Assembly: GCA_020634075.1 (NCBI GenBank)
Contig: JACKCJ010000013.1
Span: 3,298-67,297 of the forward strand
Source of the DNA: Dehalococcoidia bacterium
Lineage (GTDB): Bacteria; Chloroflexota; Dehalococcoidia; UBA2979
Direction of reading: 5' to 3'
DNA: 64,000 nt
Shown: piece by piece, positions 10,047 through 19,422 of the stretch
How the letters are laid out: every line of letters starts with the position of its first letter
Numbering within the stretch: position 1 is the stretch's first letter
Program-made: the position numbers and the translations under genes
Notes under the pieces: generated by a model
The model's database searches: none
Told to the model about the DNA's origin: nothing
What the model saw: the letters and a program-made list of their open reading frames with translations, nothing else

Positions 10047-10898
10047 CTAGTCGCCGGCGGCTTCCGCCTCGACGGCCTGCTGCGTCGTCTCCTGCGTCGG
10101 CGCCTGCTCCGGGCCGCCGAAGCCGACCCACTTCGCGACGAGCACGTCGCGCGCGAGGTAGTCACCGTAGCCACGGTCGCCGTAGATGATCTCGCCGCCG
10201 CACGTGTAGAGCGTCAGCCACTGCTCCGCCTCGGGCCGGTCGCTCGGCCAGAGGACCTCGCGCATCGGAATCGTCGCGAGGTCGTAGCGGGTCAGGCGGG
10301 CCACCTGGTAGTGGCGCACCTGGCCGTCGGCCATCTCGAGGTAGATGTCGTCGCCGATGCGGGCCTGGTGCACGTTGTAGAAGGGGCCCTGCATGTGGTT
10401 CCAGGTCTCGTGCGCGGAGAAGACGAGGTTGCCCTCCTTGTCCGGCGAGCCGAAGTCCCACTTGTCGTCCGGCTGGTACCAGCCGACGGCGTAGGAGCCG
10501 TCGACCGGCTCCTCCATCACGCCGTCCACCACGCCGACGACCTCGACGACGTGGTCCATGCCCAGCGCCGGCGAGAACATCCGGACGATGCCGCCGTCGT
10601 TCGGTTCAGGGTTGATGACCACCTGGGGCGGCGCGGGGAAGCCGACGGAGGTCGGGTTCTCGAGGATCGCCGCGCGGTCGCCCAGCGGGATCTTCTCGGC
10701 CGCGATCGGCCACGGCTCGGGCGTGGGCGACGGCGTGGGGCTGGGAGTTGCCGTGGGGGTGGGCGTCGGGGTCGTGGTCTCGACGACGATCGACGAGTCG
10801 TCGGAGCCGCCTCCGCAGGCCACGAGGGCCGCGGACACGATCGACAGCGCGGCGATGCCGAGGAGTCGCGAGCGCCATCGGCGCGCGGTGTGCGTCAT
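10047..10898 (-). CDS. Sortase-family (class F-like) lipoprotein with PT-rich linker
   Basis: The catalytic-domain pattern is GNLVFSAHETW...IGDDIYLEM...LTLYTCGG...ARDVLVAKW (His, TLxTC Cys, Arg). The start is set at ATG 10898. That gives the signal peptide MTHTARRWRSRLLGIAALSIVSAALVAC (lipobox), followed by the [20 protein letters not shown] linker. Confidence 0.6.
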   Translation of the reverse strand: MTHTARRWRSRLLGIAALSIVSAALVACGGGSDDSSIVVETTTPTPTPTATPSPTPSPTPEPWPIAAEKIPLGDRAAILENPTSVGFPAPPQVVINPEPNDGGIVRMFSPALGMDHVVEVVGVVDGVMEEPVDGSYAVGWYQPDDKWDFGSPDKEGNLVFSAHETWNHMQGPFYNVHQARIGDDIYLEMADGQVRHYQVARLTRYDLATIPMREVLWPSDRPEAEQWLTLYTCGGEIIYGDRGYGDYLARDVLVAKWVGFGGPEQAPTQETTQQAVEAEAAGD

Positions 10899-11074
10899 GG
10901 AAGCCACCAGGATGCTGGAGGAGCCGCCCTCGAAGGTCACAAGAGTATCCCGAGCACCCCGCCGCGCGGTCGACAGCCCGCGCATGAGGCATCCTGACGG
11001 AATCGGCGCTCAGACGCTACCCCCGGCCGCGAGGTTGTGCGTGGTTCGGGCGAATCTGTCTGGCCGGCGGCGCG

Positions 11075-11494
11075 TCAGGCGGCCGAGTGCGCCCCGCTGC
11101 CTTCGTCCGTCCCGCGGTCGCTGCTACCGAGCACCTGCGCCACCGCGCGCACCAGGTCGTCGATATCGAAGGGCTTCGGAAGTGCACCGTTTGCGCCGAG
11201 TTCCTGTGCCCGCTCGCGTAGCTGGCTGGATCCGGACAGCACCAGCACCCGGCGGCACAGCCCGACCACGTCTCGCAGCGGTCGGTCGCCCCCGTCGGGA
11301 AGCGACAGGTCGAGGACCAGGAGGTCAGGCCGCCGTCGCGCGATGAGCTCCTGTGCTTCGCCGACGTTGGCCGCCTCGACGACCTCGTAGCCCGCGTCAA
11401 GGAGGACATCCCGGACGAGGATGCGGATGCCGTAGTCGTCATCGACCACGAGGACCTGGGGCACGGGCGTCTCCTCGATGCGGTGCGCGCGCAT
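11075..11494 (-). CDS. Single-domain response regulator (receiver only)
   Basis: VLVVDDD...DLLVLDLSLPDG...LSG...PKPFD is a complete CheY-like receiver. There is no output domain. Confidence 0.85.
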   Translation of the reverse strand: MRAHRIEETPVPQVLVVDDDYGIRILVRDVLLDAGYEVVEAANVGEAQELIARRRPDLLVLDLSLPDGGDRPLRDVVGLCRRVLVLSGSSQLRERAQELGANGALPKPFDIDDLVRAVAQVLGSSDRGTDEGSGAHSAA

Positions 11495-11580
11495 TCGTCG
11501 GCCGCGGGGCGACTGGCGACCCGTCGCGTCGATGCTATCGAGGGCGGATGCCTGTCAGGTCGAGCAAAGGTTGAGGCGCT

Positions 11581-14493
11581 TCACGTCTCCAGCGGCTGCG
11601 TCGCGGGGAGCCAGAAGCGCATCGTCGTCCCCTGGCCGCGACCCGCGCTCTGAGCGCGCAGCTCTCCGCCGTGTCGCTCCGCCACCTCGCGAGCGACGAA
11701 CAGCCCCATGCCGAGTCCGGGGATGTTCCCGGCGTTCGCCGCGCGGCCGAAGGGGGTGAAGATCGCGCGCTGATCGTCGGCGGAGAGGCCGATCCCGTAG
11801 TCGGTGACCTCGATCGTCACGCCCACGCCATCCCGCCGGAGGTCCACGGAGACCGGCGCCTCGGCGGGGGAATACTTCAGGGCGTTGTCGATGAGATTGG
11901 AGATCACCTGGCGGACCCGGTGGGGATCCGCCTCGATCACGACCGCCTCCGATGTCCCCTCGAGGCGGACTCGGGGCGCCCACTCTTCGCGGGTCGCGAT
12001 GTCGGTCAGCAGGCTCGCGATGTCCATCGACTCGATGCTCAGGGGGAGCGCCCCGCGCTGGAGGCGAGACACGTCCGTGAGGTCGTTCGTGAGATTGGCG
12101 AGGTGCGTGCTGATCTCCACGAGCGAGTCGATGTACCGGTCGAATCGTTCCTCCGAGAGCGTGCCGAGGGCGCGCGCTCGCCGGATCTGCTGCGCCGTGC
12201 CGTGGATGATTGCGACCGGGTTCCGCAGTTCGTGCGACGCGATCGCCAGGAAGCGGTCCTTGAGTTCGTTCGCCTCCATGAGCTCGTGGATGTCGGTGGC
12301 CGTGCCGTACCAGTGGGCGATGCCCTGGGTCTCGCCGCGCTCGGCACGGCTCAGGTGCCAGCGGTAGGTGCCGTCGGCCATTCTGATCCGGTGCTCGCAC
12401 TCGTACGCGGTCTGCGTCTCGACGGCGCGATCCCAGGCGGCGAGCGTCTTCGCGAGGTCGTCCGGATGCACGACTGGCTCCCACTCCCAGGTGCCGTCCG
12501 AGTGCCCCACGATCCCGTCGTAGGCGGCGCTTCGCGAGTTGTAGTACTGGACCGTGCCGGTGTCGTCGGCCGTCCACACGACCTGCGGCATCGAGTCTGC
12601 CAGGCGACGGAAGCGCTCCTCGCTCGCCCGCAGCGCCCGTTCCGCGTCGGAGCGTTCGATGGCCGTCCAGGTCCGCTCCGCCGTCTCCTCGATCAGCGCG
12701 ATCTCCTCGGGCTGCCATTCGCGCGGCTCGAACTGGTGTGCCGCCAGCACCGCAACGACGTGCCCGTGGCGCACCACCGGCACCGTCACGAACGCGCGGA
12801 CGCCCAGGCCGAGGTACGAAGGACGGAGCCGGTCGGAGAACCGCTGCTCGGTAGCGAGGTCCGCGTACTGGATCACGGCGCCGGATCGCAGTGCCTCGAG
12901 TACCCGTGGTCCGAACGCCTGGAGGTCGTAGACGCCCGTCGCGCTGCTCGATACCCCGTTCGCCATGTGCTCGACATCGACGGTGATCGTCTGGCGGGCC
13001 TCGTCGATCTCGCCCCAGATCGTGCGGTCGGCGCCGAGATGGTCGCCGAGCAGGAGCGCCGACGCCGTCTGGATCGCCCGCCGCGGTCCGGGCGTCCGAA
13101 GCACATCGGCGAGGCGGGCACGCAGGACGGCTCGCGCCGCGCTCGCCTCCAGCGCTGCTTCGTCGCGCCGGCGCTGCGTGACGTCGCGGAAGAGGATGCC
13201 GACGCGGCGGGCTCCCCGCGCCCCGACACGGAACGCGTAGACATCGAACCAGCGGTTCAGCGCGGCGGATTCCAGTTCGAAGCGGGACGGCTCGCCGGTG
13301 ATCGCAACGCGGCCGTAGGTCTCGAACCAGTCGTCTTCCAGGTCGGGCACCAACTCGCGGGCCGTGCGTCCCTGGGCATCGCGCAGGCCGGTCTGCTCTG
13401 CGAACGCCGGGTTGATCTCGATGAAGCGATAGTCCGTCGGGCGTTCGTCCTCATCGAAGAGGACCTCGACCACGCAGAACCCCTCGTCCATCGCCGTGAA
13501 CAAGGCCGCATAGCGCCCTTCGCTCTGGCGGAGGGCGGCCTGGGCGGCCTCCCGCTCATCGACGTCGATGACGGCGCCGACATACCCAAGGAACTCCCCG
13601 TGCGCGCCGTAGCGCGGTCGCCCCGAGTCGATGACCCAGCGGTATCCACCGCGCGCGTCCTGCAGACGGTGCGTCATCTGCAGCGGTTCGCGGCGCGCGT
13701 TGGCGGTGATGAAGATCTCCTCCGCCTCGTCGCGGTCCTCTGGATGCACCGCGCTCAGCCATCCGTAACCGAGGCCCGTGCCGGGCGCCGTGCCGGTGAA
13801 GTCGTACCAGCTCTGGCTGAGGAAGGTGCAGGCGCCGCTGGGCGCCGTCACCCAGAGCAGCGCGGGAGCTGCGTCCGCGATGCGCCGGAAGTGCTCGTCG
13901 CTCTCGCGATGGGCGGCCGCGGCGCGGCGCTGCGTCTCGATCTCTCGCGCGAGGTCGTCGCCACGGGCCTCCGCCTGCTCCCGGCCACGGCGCTCCTGGA
14001 TGAGCTGGGTGACCTCGGCCGCGGGGTTGAGGATCCCCACGACATTGCCCTCCGCGTCGAGGATCGGTTCGGCGGTGTAGGTGAACCATCCCTCGAGGGA
14101 TGCCCCGCCGCGCTCGAGCGGCAGCAGACGCTGCTCCTCGGCTGCCGCCTGTCCCGTCTCGAGGACGCGCCGGAACATCGGTCCGATGACCTCGCGCGCC
14201 TCGGGGAACACCTCTCGCGCCGGGCGGCCCAGCGCACCGGGGTGCTTGTCACCCATCAGCTGCCGGTAGGCATCGTTGTAGAGGCAGATGAAGTCGTGGC
14301 CCCAGTACACGGCGATGGCGCGCGGCGAAGCGAGCGCCATCCCGAGCGCCACGCGGAGCGCGCCGGGCCATTGCTCGGTCGGCCCGAGGGGCGTGGTCGC
14401 CCAGTCATGCTCTCGGATGAGCGCGGCCATCTCCCCATGGTGTGGTGGCCACGGTGGTGAGTCCTGGGGAGGCATGCGCGGAGAATACCGCAC
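11581..14493 (-). CDS. Soluble hybrid-less sensor histidine kinase with multiple PAS-like domains and a GAF domain
   Basis: 970-aa ORF with no obvious TM helix. It has repeated PAS-like blocks and a GAF-like block (…VRAFVTVPVVRHGHVVAVLAAH…). The HisKA H-box is FLAIASHELRNP, and the HATPase_c G-boxes are DYGIGL and GLGMGL. Confidence 0.85.
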   Translation of the reverse strand: MRYSPRMPPQDSPPWPPHHGEMAALIREHDWATTPLGPTEQWPGALRVALGMALASPRAIAVYWGHDFICLYNDAYRQLMGDKHPGALGRPAREVFPEAREVIGPMFRRVLETGQAAAEEQRLLPLERGGASLEGWFTYTAEPILDAEGNVVGILNPAAEVTQLIQERRGREQAEARGDDLAREIETQRRAAAAHRESDEHFRRIADAAPALLWVTAPSGACTFLSQSWYDFTGTAPGTGLGYGWLSAVHPEDRDEAEEIFITANARREPLQMTHRLQDARGGYRWVIDSGRPRYGAHGEFLGYVGAVIDVDEREAAQAALRQSEGRYAALFTAMDEGFCVVEVLFDEDERPTDYRFIEINPAFAEQTGLRDAQGRTARELVPDLEDDWFETYGRVAITGEPSRFELESAALNRWFDVYAFRVGARGARRVGILFRDVTQRRRDEAALEASAARAVLRARLADVLRTPGPRRAIQTASALLLGDHLGADRTIWGEIDEARQTITVDVEHMANGVSSSATGVYDLQAFGPRVLEALRSGAVIQYADLATEQRFSDRLRPSYLGLGVRAFVTVPVVRHGHVVAVLAAHQFEPREWQPEEIALIEETAERTWTAIERSDAERALRASEERFRRLADSMPQVVWTADDTGTVQYYNSRSAAYDGIVGHSDGTWEWEPVVHPDDLAKTLAAWDRAVETQTAYECEHRIRMADGTYRWHLSRAERGETQGIAHWYGTATDIHELMEANELKDRFLAIASHELRNPVAIIHGTAQQIRRARALGTLSEERFDRYIDSLVEISTHLANLTNDLTDVSRLQRGALPLSIESMDIASLLTDIATREEWAPRVRLEGTSEAVVIEADPHRVRQVISNLIDNALKYSPAEAPVSVDLRRDGVGVTIEVTDYGIGLSADDQRAIFTPFGRAANAGNIPGLGMGLFVAREVAERHGGELRAQSAGRGQGTTMRFWLPATQPLET

Positions 14494-14576
14494 CGTTGGA
14501 CGCGCACTTCGCCTTGTCGAGTACCCAGACGTTGAGACTTTGCTGAGAGTTCGTCGCGTGTTGTGGGCGTCGTCAG

Positions 14577-15227
14577 CTAGCGCTGAAGAGTGTCGTCCGT
14601 GGCATCGTCTCGCGGCTCAGGGTTGGCAGGCAGCAACCCGAGGCACATCGCTGCGAGCACGGCCTCCAGCCGGCTCTTCGCGCCGAGGCGGTCCATTGCT
14701 GCCTGCACGTGGTTGCGCACGGTGATCGGCGTCACGCCCAGCTCGGCGGCGATCTGTGCCGGCGTCTTCCCGCGGGCGAGGCAGCAGAGCACCTCGAGCT
14801 GGCGGGGCGTGAGGACCGGATCGCCCGGCGGGGACGCTGCTGACGCCTCTTCTGACGGGGAGGCCGCTTCGACACCGGAGCAGCGGACCAGGTGCAGCAC
14901 GTTCTCCACGGCGCCCGCCTCGTCCCCGGCCAGCAGCACGGAGATGTCGAAGAGCGGTGTGACGCCCTCGACGGGGCGTCCGTGGAGCGTGAAGTCCCGG
15001 TGGGCGCGACCGAGGCGAGCGAGCGCGATGACCGCGCAGTTCGCGCGGCACGACGCCGCGTTCCGCGGGTTGACCTCGTTCATCAGTTCGTAGCAGGTGC
15101 GCCCCAGTGCCACGTCTCGGGGGGCGATTTGCTCGGCCAGATCGCCCCATTGGACGATCCGCTGTTCCAGGTCCACGGAATACAGCGCGTTCCCGGCGCG
15201 GAGGGTGCCGAGGCCGGGGATAGACAC
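14577..15227 (-). CDS. LuxR-family transcriptional regulator with Cys-rich PAS-like N-terminal domain
   Basis: The C-terminal HTH is LTPRQLEVLCCLARGKTPAQIAAELGVTPITVRNHVQAAMDRLG. The start is uncertain. Third-position GC bias collapses upstream of GTG 15227, so I prefer that start to ATG 15362. Confidence 0.75.
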   Translation of the reverse strand: MSIPGLGTLRAGNALYSVDLEQRIVQWGDLAEQIAPRDVALGRTCYELMNEVNPRNAASCRANCAVIALARLGRAHRDFTLHGRPVEGVTPLFDISVLLAGDEAGAVENVLHLVRCSGVEAASPSEEASAASPPGDPVLTPRQLEVLCCLARGKTPAQIAAELGVTPITVRNHVQAAMDRLGAKSRLEAVLAAMCLGLLPANPEPRDDATDDTLQR

Positions 15228-15342
15228 GCGCTCAGTGGGCGTCGATGCCAAGCCGTTCCTGTCTCTGCACCCGAAACCTACTGAACGCTGCGCAGGGAAC
15301 AACGGACCAAGGTCCCCCGGAAAGAGGACGTGCCGGGGGGCT

Positions 15343-15364
15343 GCATGGTGCGTCCGCACCATGC
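15343..15364. promoter_or_regulatory. Perfect 9-bp inverted repeat in the LuxR/cox divergent intergenic region (candidate operator)
   Basis: GCATGGTGC-gtcc-GCACCATGC lies about 72 nt upstream of the coxB GTG (15436). Confidence 0.4.
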
Positions 15365-15435
15365 GGGTGCTGAGGCCCCTTCATAGATTCGCCTGCGACG
15401 GAGGATCGAGCTGATCCTGGTAGGGAGGTCGGCCG

Positions 15436-16167
15436 GTGAGTCGGCATGTGATGATCGTGGGCGTCCTGTGGGTCTTCTTCACGGCGCTCGCCCTCGCCGG
15501 CGCCGCGGCGATGAACCCGTTCCCGACGGTCGGCGCGGAGGAGGCTGAGTTCTCCGACCACGCGTTCCGCATCATGACCTTCATGGGAGCGCCGGTCTTC
15601 GGCTTCGTGATCGCGGCGCTCGTCTACAACATCGCGCGATTCCGCTCGTCCGGGCAGCCCTCGGAGGACGGCCCGCCGTTCAAGGGCGGCGGGATGATCC
15701 CGCGGGCCTGGCTCGGCGTGACCACGGCCCTCGCGGTCGTGGTGATGATCTACCCCGGCCTCACGGGGCTCGCCGAGATGCGGAGCGACCGCTCGTACGA
15801 CCTCGAGGTCAACGTGACCGGCTACCGCTGGTCGTGGTCCGCGCAGTACCCGGACGGCGAGTTCACCTCGAACGAGATCGTGCTCCCGAAGGACCAGCGC
15901 GTGCGGTTCAACGTCACGGCTCCCGCCGGCGACGTCCTCCACTCGTTCTGGGTCCCCGCGTTCCGGCTCAAGATCGACGCGGTTCCCGGACAGACCAACT
16001 ACCTGTGGATCACCCCGACCGAGCTCGGTGACGGGGCGAACGACGCCGCGTTCCGCGTCCAGTGCGCGGAGCTCTGCGGGCTCAACCATGCCGGGATGCG
16101 GATGAACGTCCGCGTCGTCGAGCCGGACGAGTTCGAGGCCTGGGTGGCCGAGAAGGCGGGGAACTAG
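15436..16167 (+). CDS. ctaC: Cytochrome c oxidase subunit II (CuA)
   Basis: The CuA ligand motif is HSFWVPAFRLKID...CAELCGLNHAGM. There are two N-terminal TM helices. GGGAGG lies upstream of the GTG. Confidence 0.9.
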   Translation: MSRHVMIVGVLWVFFTALALAGAAAMNPFPTVGAEEAEFSDHAFRIMTFMGAPVFGFVIAALVYNIARFRSSGQPSEDGPPFKGGGMIPRAWLGVTTALAVVVMIYPGLTGLAEMRSDRSYDLEVNVTGYRWSWSAQYPDGEFTSNEIVLPKDQRVRFNVTAPAGDVLHSFWVPAFRLKIDAVPGQTNYLWITPTELGDGANDAAFRVQCAELCGLNHAGMRMNVRVVEPDEFEAWVAEKAGN

Positions 16168-17985
16168 ATGGCGATCATCCTGGGATTCGTCCTGGCCGTC
16201 GTCGGGTTCACGCTGGGCACGGGCGTGCTCGGCGGGATCCGCGTCAGCATGGGACTCGAGTACTGGTCGACCGACCTGTCGTGGACGATCGGCTACCCGT
16301 TCGCCCTCCTCGGCTGGCTCGCCGGGGTCGGCGGCTGGAAGTACTGGGCGACCGAGTGGTTCGGCGGCACCGCTGCCCAGACCCCGAAGGGCGTGAAGCG
16401 CTACTTCGAGTGGAACATGGACCACAAGGTCATCGGCGTGCAGTACGGCGTGACCTTCGTCGCGCTCCTGCTGCTCTCCGGCCTCGCCGCGATGGGCATC
16501 CGCTACGAGCTGATGCAGCCCGGCATGCAGTTGTTCACGCAGGACCAGTACAACGCGGTCATGAGCTTCCACGGCATCGGCATGGTCGCCGTCGCCGTGG
16601 CGATCATGCTCGGGGCGTTCGGCAACTACGTCGTGCCGATCATGATCGGCGCTCACGACATGGCGTTCCCGCGGGTCAACGCGCTGTCGTACTGGCTCGT
16701 GCCGCCGGTGGCGATCATGCTCGTCATCGCGGTCATCATGGGCGGCTGGGATACCGGCTGGACGGCCTACCCGCCGCTCTCGGTGCTGAACAAGTCCGGC
16801 CAGGTGCTCTTCAACCTCGCCGTGATCACCTTCGGCCTCGTGTCGATCCTCGGCGGCATCAACTTCATCGTCACGATCGTCTACGAGCGCGCGCCGGGCA
16901 TGACCTGGGGGCGCCTGCCGATCTTCGTGTGGGGCGCCTTCGCCGGCTCGCTGATCGCGTTCTTCTTCACGCAGGGCTTCGCGGCCGGCCTGATCATGAT
17001 CCTGCTGGACCGCGTGGCGAACACCTCGTTCTTCCACGCCGCCGAGGGCGGCAGCCCGATCCTGTACGAGCACGTCTTCTGGTTCTACAGCCACCCGGCC
17101 GTGTACGTGATGGTGCTTCCCGCCTTCGGCGCGGTCCTCGAGGTGCTCTCGCACATGTCGAGGAAGCCGCTGTACGCGTACAAGTGGGTCGTCGGCGCGA
17201 TGCTGGGGATCGTGGCGCTGTCCGGCGTCGTGTGGGCGCACCACATGTTCACGTCGGGCATGGAGGACTACCTCCACGCGCCGTTCCTGGTGCTGACGGA
17301 GATGATCTCCATCCCCACCGGCATCATCTTCCTCGCCGCCATCGGCACGATCTGGGCCGGACGGCTGTGGATGCGAACGCCGATGCTGTTCGCGCTGGCG
17401 TTCATCTTCAACTTCACCGTCGGCGGTCTGACCGGCATCTACCTGGCGGACGTCCCCACGGACATCCACCTGCACGACACCTACTTCGTGGTGGCGCACT
17501 TCCACTACACGATCATGGGCGGCGAGATCTTCGCCCTGTTCGCGGCGCTCTACTACTGGTTCCCGAAGATGACCGGGCGCGAGTTCAACGAGACGCTGGG
17601 CAAGATCCACTTCTGGCTGATGTTCATCGGCTTCCAGCTGGTCTTCATCCCGATGTTCCAGGTGGGCGTGAAGGGCATGAACCGGCGCGTCGCGGACTAC
17701 CCGGACGCGTACGCGGACTTCAACCGCTTCATCTCCATCTCGGGCTTCGTGCTCGGCTCCTCGTTCATCTTCTTCACGGCCAACATGATCCTCTCGTGGG
17801 TGAAGGGCCGTCGCGCCGCGGCGAACCCGTGGCACGCCACCACGCTGGAGTGGCAGGTCTCCTCGCCGCCTCCCGAGCACAACTTCGAGGGCACCCCGGT
17901 CATCGAGAGCGGTCCGTACGAGTACGGCGTTCCCGGTGCGCCCAAGCACGCCCACATCGGCCCGGCCTCGGCCGAGCACGCGTAG
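16168..17985 (+). CDS. ctaD: Cytochrome c oxidase subunit I
   Basis: The heme-copper oxidase signatures FWFYSHPAVYVMVLPAFG, WAHHMFTSG and HFHYTIMGG are present. The ATG directly abuts the subunit II stop. Confidence 0.95.
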   Translation: MAIILGFVLAVVGFTLGTGVLGGIRVSMGLEYWSTDLSWTIGYPFALLGWLAGVGGWKYWATEWFGGTAAQTPKGVKRYFEWNMDHKVIGVQYGVTFVALLLLSGLAAMGIRYELMQPGMQLFTQDQYNAVMSFHGIGMVAVAVAIMLGAFGNYVVPIMIGAHDMAFPRVNALSYWLVPPVAIMLVIAVIMGGWDTGWTAYPPLSVLNKSGQVLFNLAVITFGLVSILGGINFIVTIVYERAPGMTWGRLPIFVWGAFAGSLIAFFFTQGFAAGLIMILLDRVANTSFFHAAEGGSPILYEHVFWFYSHPAVYVMVLPAFGAVLEVLSHMSRKPLYAYKWVVGAMLGIVALSGVVWAHHMFTSGMEDYLHAPFLVLTEMISIPTGIIFLAAIGTIWAGRLWMRTPMLFALAFIFNFTVGGLTGIYLADVPTDIHLHDTYFVVAHFHYTIMGGEIFALFAALYYWFPKMTGREFNETLGKIHFWLMFIGFQLVFIPMFQVGVKGMNRRVADYPDAYADFNRFISISGFVLGSSFIFFTANMILSWVKGRRAAANPWHATTLEWQVSSPPPEHNFEGTPVIESGPYEYGVPGAPKHAHIGPASAEHA

Positions 17986-18012
17986 TCGCTAGACGGAGGG
18001 CTGGAGCTTCTG

Positions 18013-18240
18013 ATGAGCACTCTCAATTCCGCAGCCGAACAGGTTGCCCAGCGACGAGGGCTGATGGTCTTCCTCGCGCTCGCGGTGCTGACCGTCATCG
18101 AATACATCGTCGCGGTCAGCCTGGACTCGGTGCCCGTGCTCGTGGCCCTGCTGGCAGTCGCGGCGGGGGCGAAGTGCTGGGCGATCACCGTCTACTTCAT
18201 GCACGTCTCGAAGCTGTGGCGTGGCGAGGAGGCCCACTAA
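18013..18240 (+). CDS. Small 2-TM protein, cytochrome oxidase subunit IV-like
   Basis: 75-aa ORF with two hydrophobic helices that ends YFMHVSKLW. It lies between subunits I and III. Its stop overlaps the ctaE ATG (TAATG). Confidence 0.6.
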   Translation: MSTLNSAAEQVAQRRGLMVFLALAVLTVIEYIVAVSLDSVPVLVALLAVAAGAKCWAITVYFMHVSKLWRGEEAH

Positions 18241-18824
18241 TGGCAGCGACCGCAACTCTTCCGCACGGACGCGAGGTGGACTCGTCGCACGCCGCCCGCC
18301 GGGTGCGCATCAACCGCCTGGGCCTGTGGCTCTTCCTCGCCTCGGACGGCGCCCTCTTCGCGCTCTTCGCCGCGTCGAGGTTCTACATCGCCGGGACCGC
18401 CATCAGCCCGCACCTGAACCAGCTGCTGGGCCTGGGGATCACCTCGCTGCTGCTGCTGTCGTCGTTCACGGCGTACCGCGCCGAGACGGCGTTCACGCAC
18501 GGCAACACGTCCCACGGCCGGATGATGCTGCTCGCGACGGTGCTCATGGGCCTCATGTTCTTCGGCGGCGTGGTCTACGAGTGGTCGATCGCGGAGTTCT
18601 CGCCGTCCGAGGCGTACGGCACCGCGTTCTTCTCGATGACCGGCATGCACGCGTTCCACGTGGTGACCGGCGTGTTCTTCCTCCTGCTGATGTGGGCGCG
18701 CTCCGGCGACGGGAAGTTCACCGGCGGCACGAACGCGTGGCCGATCGCGGCCGCGGTCATCTACTGGCACTTCGTGGACGTGGTCTGGGTGTTCTTCTAC
18801 CCGACCCTCTACCTCCTGAAGTAG
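18240..18824 (+). CDS. ctaE: Cytochrome c oxidase subunit III
   Basis: This is the last 194 codons of track ORF 16062-18824. It carries LGLWLFLASDGALFA, FFSMTGMHAFHVVTGV and YWHFVDVVWVFFYP. Confidence 0.9.
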   Translation: MAATATLPHGREVDSSHAARRVRINRLGLWLFLASDGALFALFAASRFYIAGTAISPHLNQLLGLGITSLLLLSSFTAYRAETAFTHGNTSHGRMMLLATVLMGLMFFGGVVYEWSIAEFSPSEAYGTAFFSMTGMHAFHVVTGVFFLLLMWARSGDGKFTGGTNAWPIAAAVIYWHFVDVVWVFFYPTLYLLK

Positions 18825-18893
18825 CTCACTGAGCCTCCCAGGCAGGCGGTCGAGGACGGCAGGCGCGGAGGGAACCGTGATCGGAATCGACCG

Positions 18894-19391
18894 ATGAGGT
18901 CGCCCATCGTTCGCGTGTACGGCGCCGCCGTCCTCGGCAGCCTGGTGCTCGTGTGGATCGTGTCGCTCGCGTGGTGGCTGCTGCTGCCCGACGCGCGCGT
19001 CGTGCCGCTGGAGATCCCGCAGGGGACGGCCTCCGCCGTCGCCCGGGGCGAGGCCGTGGAGGTCATCCCGGACTCGCTGGACCTCCGGAAGGGCGACACC
19101 CTCGTGGTGAGGAACGAGGACGACGCCGTCCACCGGATCGGCAGCGAGGTCATCCCGCCGGGCCGCACGACTCGTATCCCGGTGACCGGTGCGCTCGTCT
19201 CGGGACGCTCGCTCTTCTGCTCGATCCACCCGAGCGGGGCCATCGGTGTGTCGCTGCTGGCGCGGCCGGGCATCCTGAGCACGGCGATCCCGACTGCCAT
19301 CGCCGGACTCCCCGTGAGCATTGGCGTCATCGTCGCACTGCTCATCGCTCGCGGCCTCGACGATCGCCAGCGGACGACGCTGGCGGCCTAG
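18894..19391 (+). CDS. Membrane protein with cupredoxin-like domain
   Basis: It has one N-terminal and one C-terminal TM helix. The central block, LRKGDTLVVRNEDDAVHRIG...PGRTT...FCSIHPSG, resembles a cupredoxin/EfeO-N-type fold. Third-position GC bias is strong. The RBS is weak. Confidence 0.45.
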   Translation: MRSPIVRVYGAAVLGSLVLVWIVSLAWWLLLPDARVVPLEIPQGTASAVARGEAVEVIPDSLDLRKGDTLVVRNEDDAVHRIGSEVIPPGRTTRIPVTGALVSGRSLFCSIHPSGAIGVSLLARPGILSTAIPTAIAGLPVSIGVIVALLIARGLDDRQRTTLAA

Positions 19392-19422
19392 GCGTGGCAG
19401 CCCCAGGTATGGCGGACTAGAC

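Noticed and set aside
11671-14460. 929-aa plus-strand ORF
   Set aside because: It is antisense to the PAS/GAF histidine kinase, whose H-box and ATPase motifs are clear. The plus-strand translation is Arg/Gly/Asp-rich and low in complexity.
15232-17979. 915-aa ORF on the minus strand across the oxidase operon
   Set aside because: It is antisense to ctaD and coxB, which carry unmistakable heme-copper oxidase motifs. Its translation is dominated by Arg, Asp, His, Glu and Gly with no recognisable domain. This is a typical shadow ORF in GC-rich DNA.
16062-18824. 920-aa plus-strand ORF spanning ctaD to ctaE
   Set aside because: Only its last 194 codons (from ATG 18240) encode a sensible protein, cytochrome oxidase subunit III. 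The upstream part is an alternative frame of ctaD and reads as Arg/Pro/Gly-rich nonsense.
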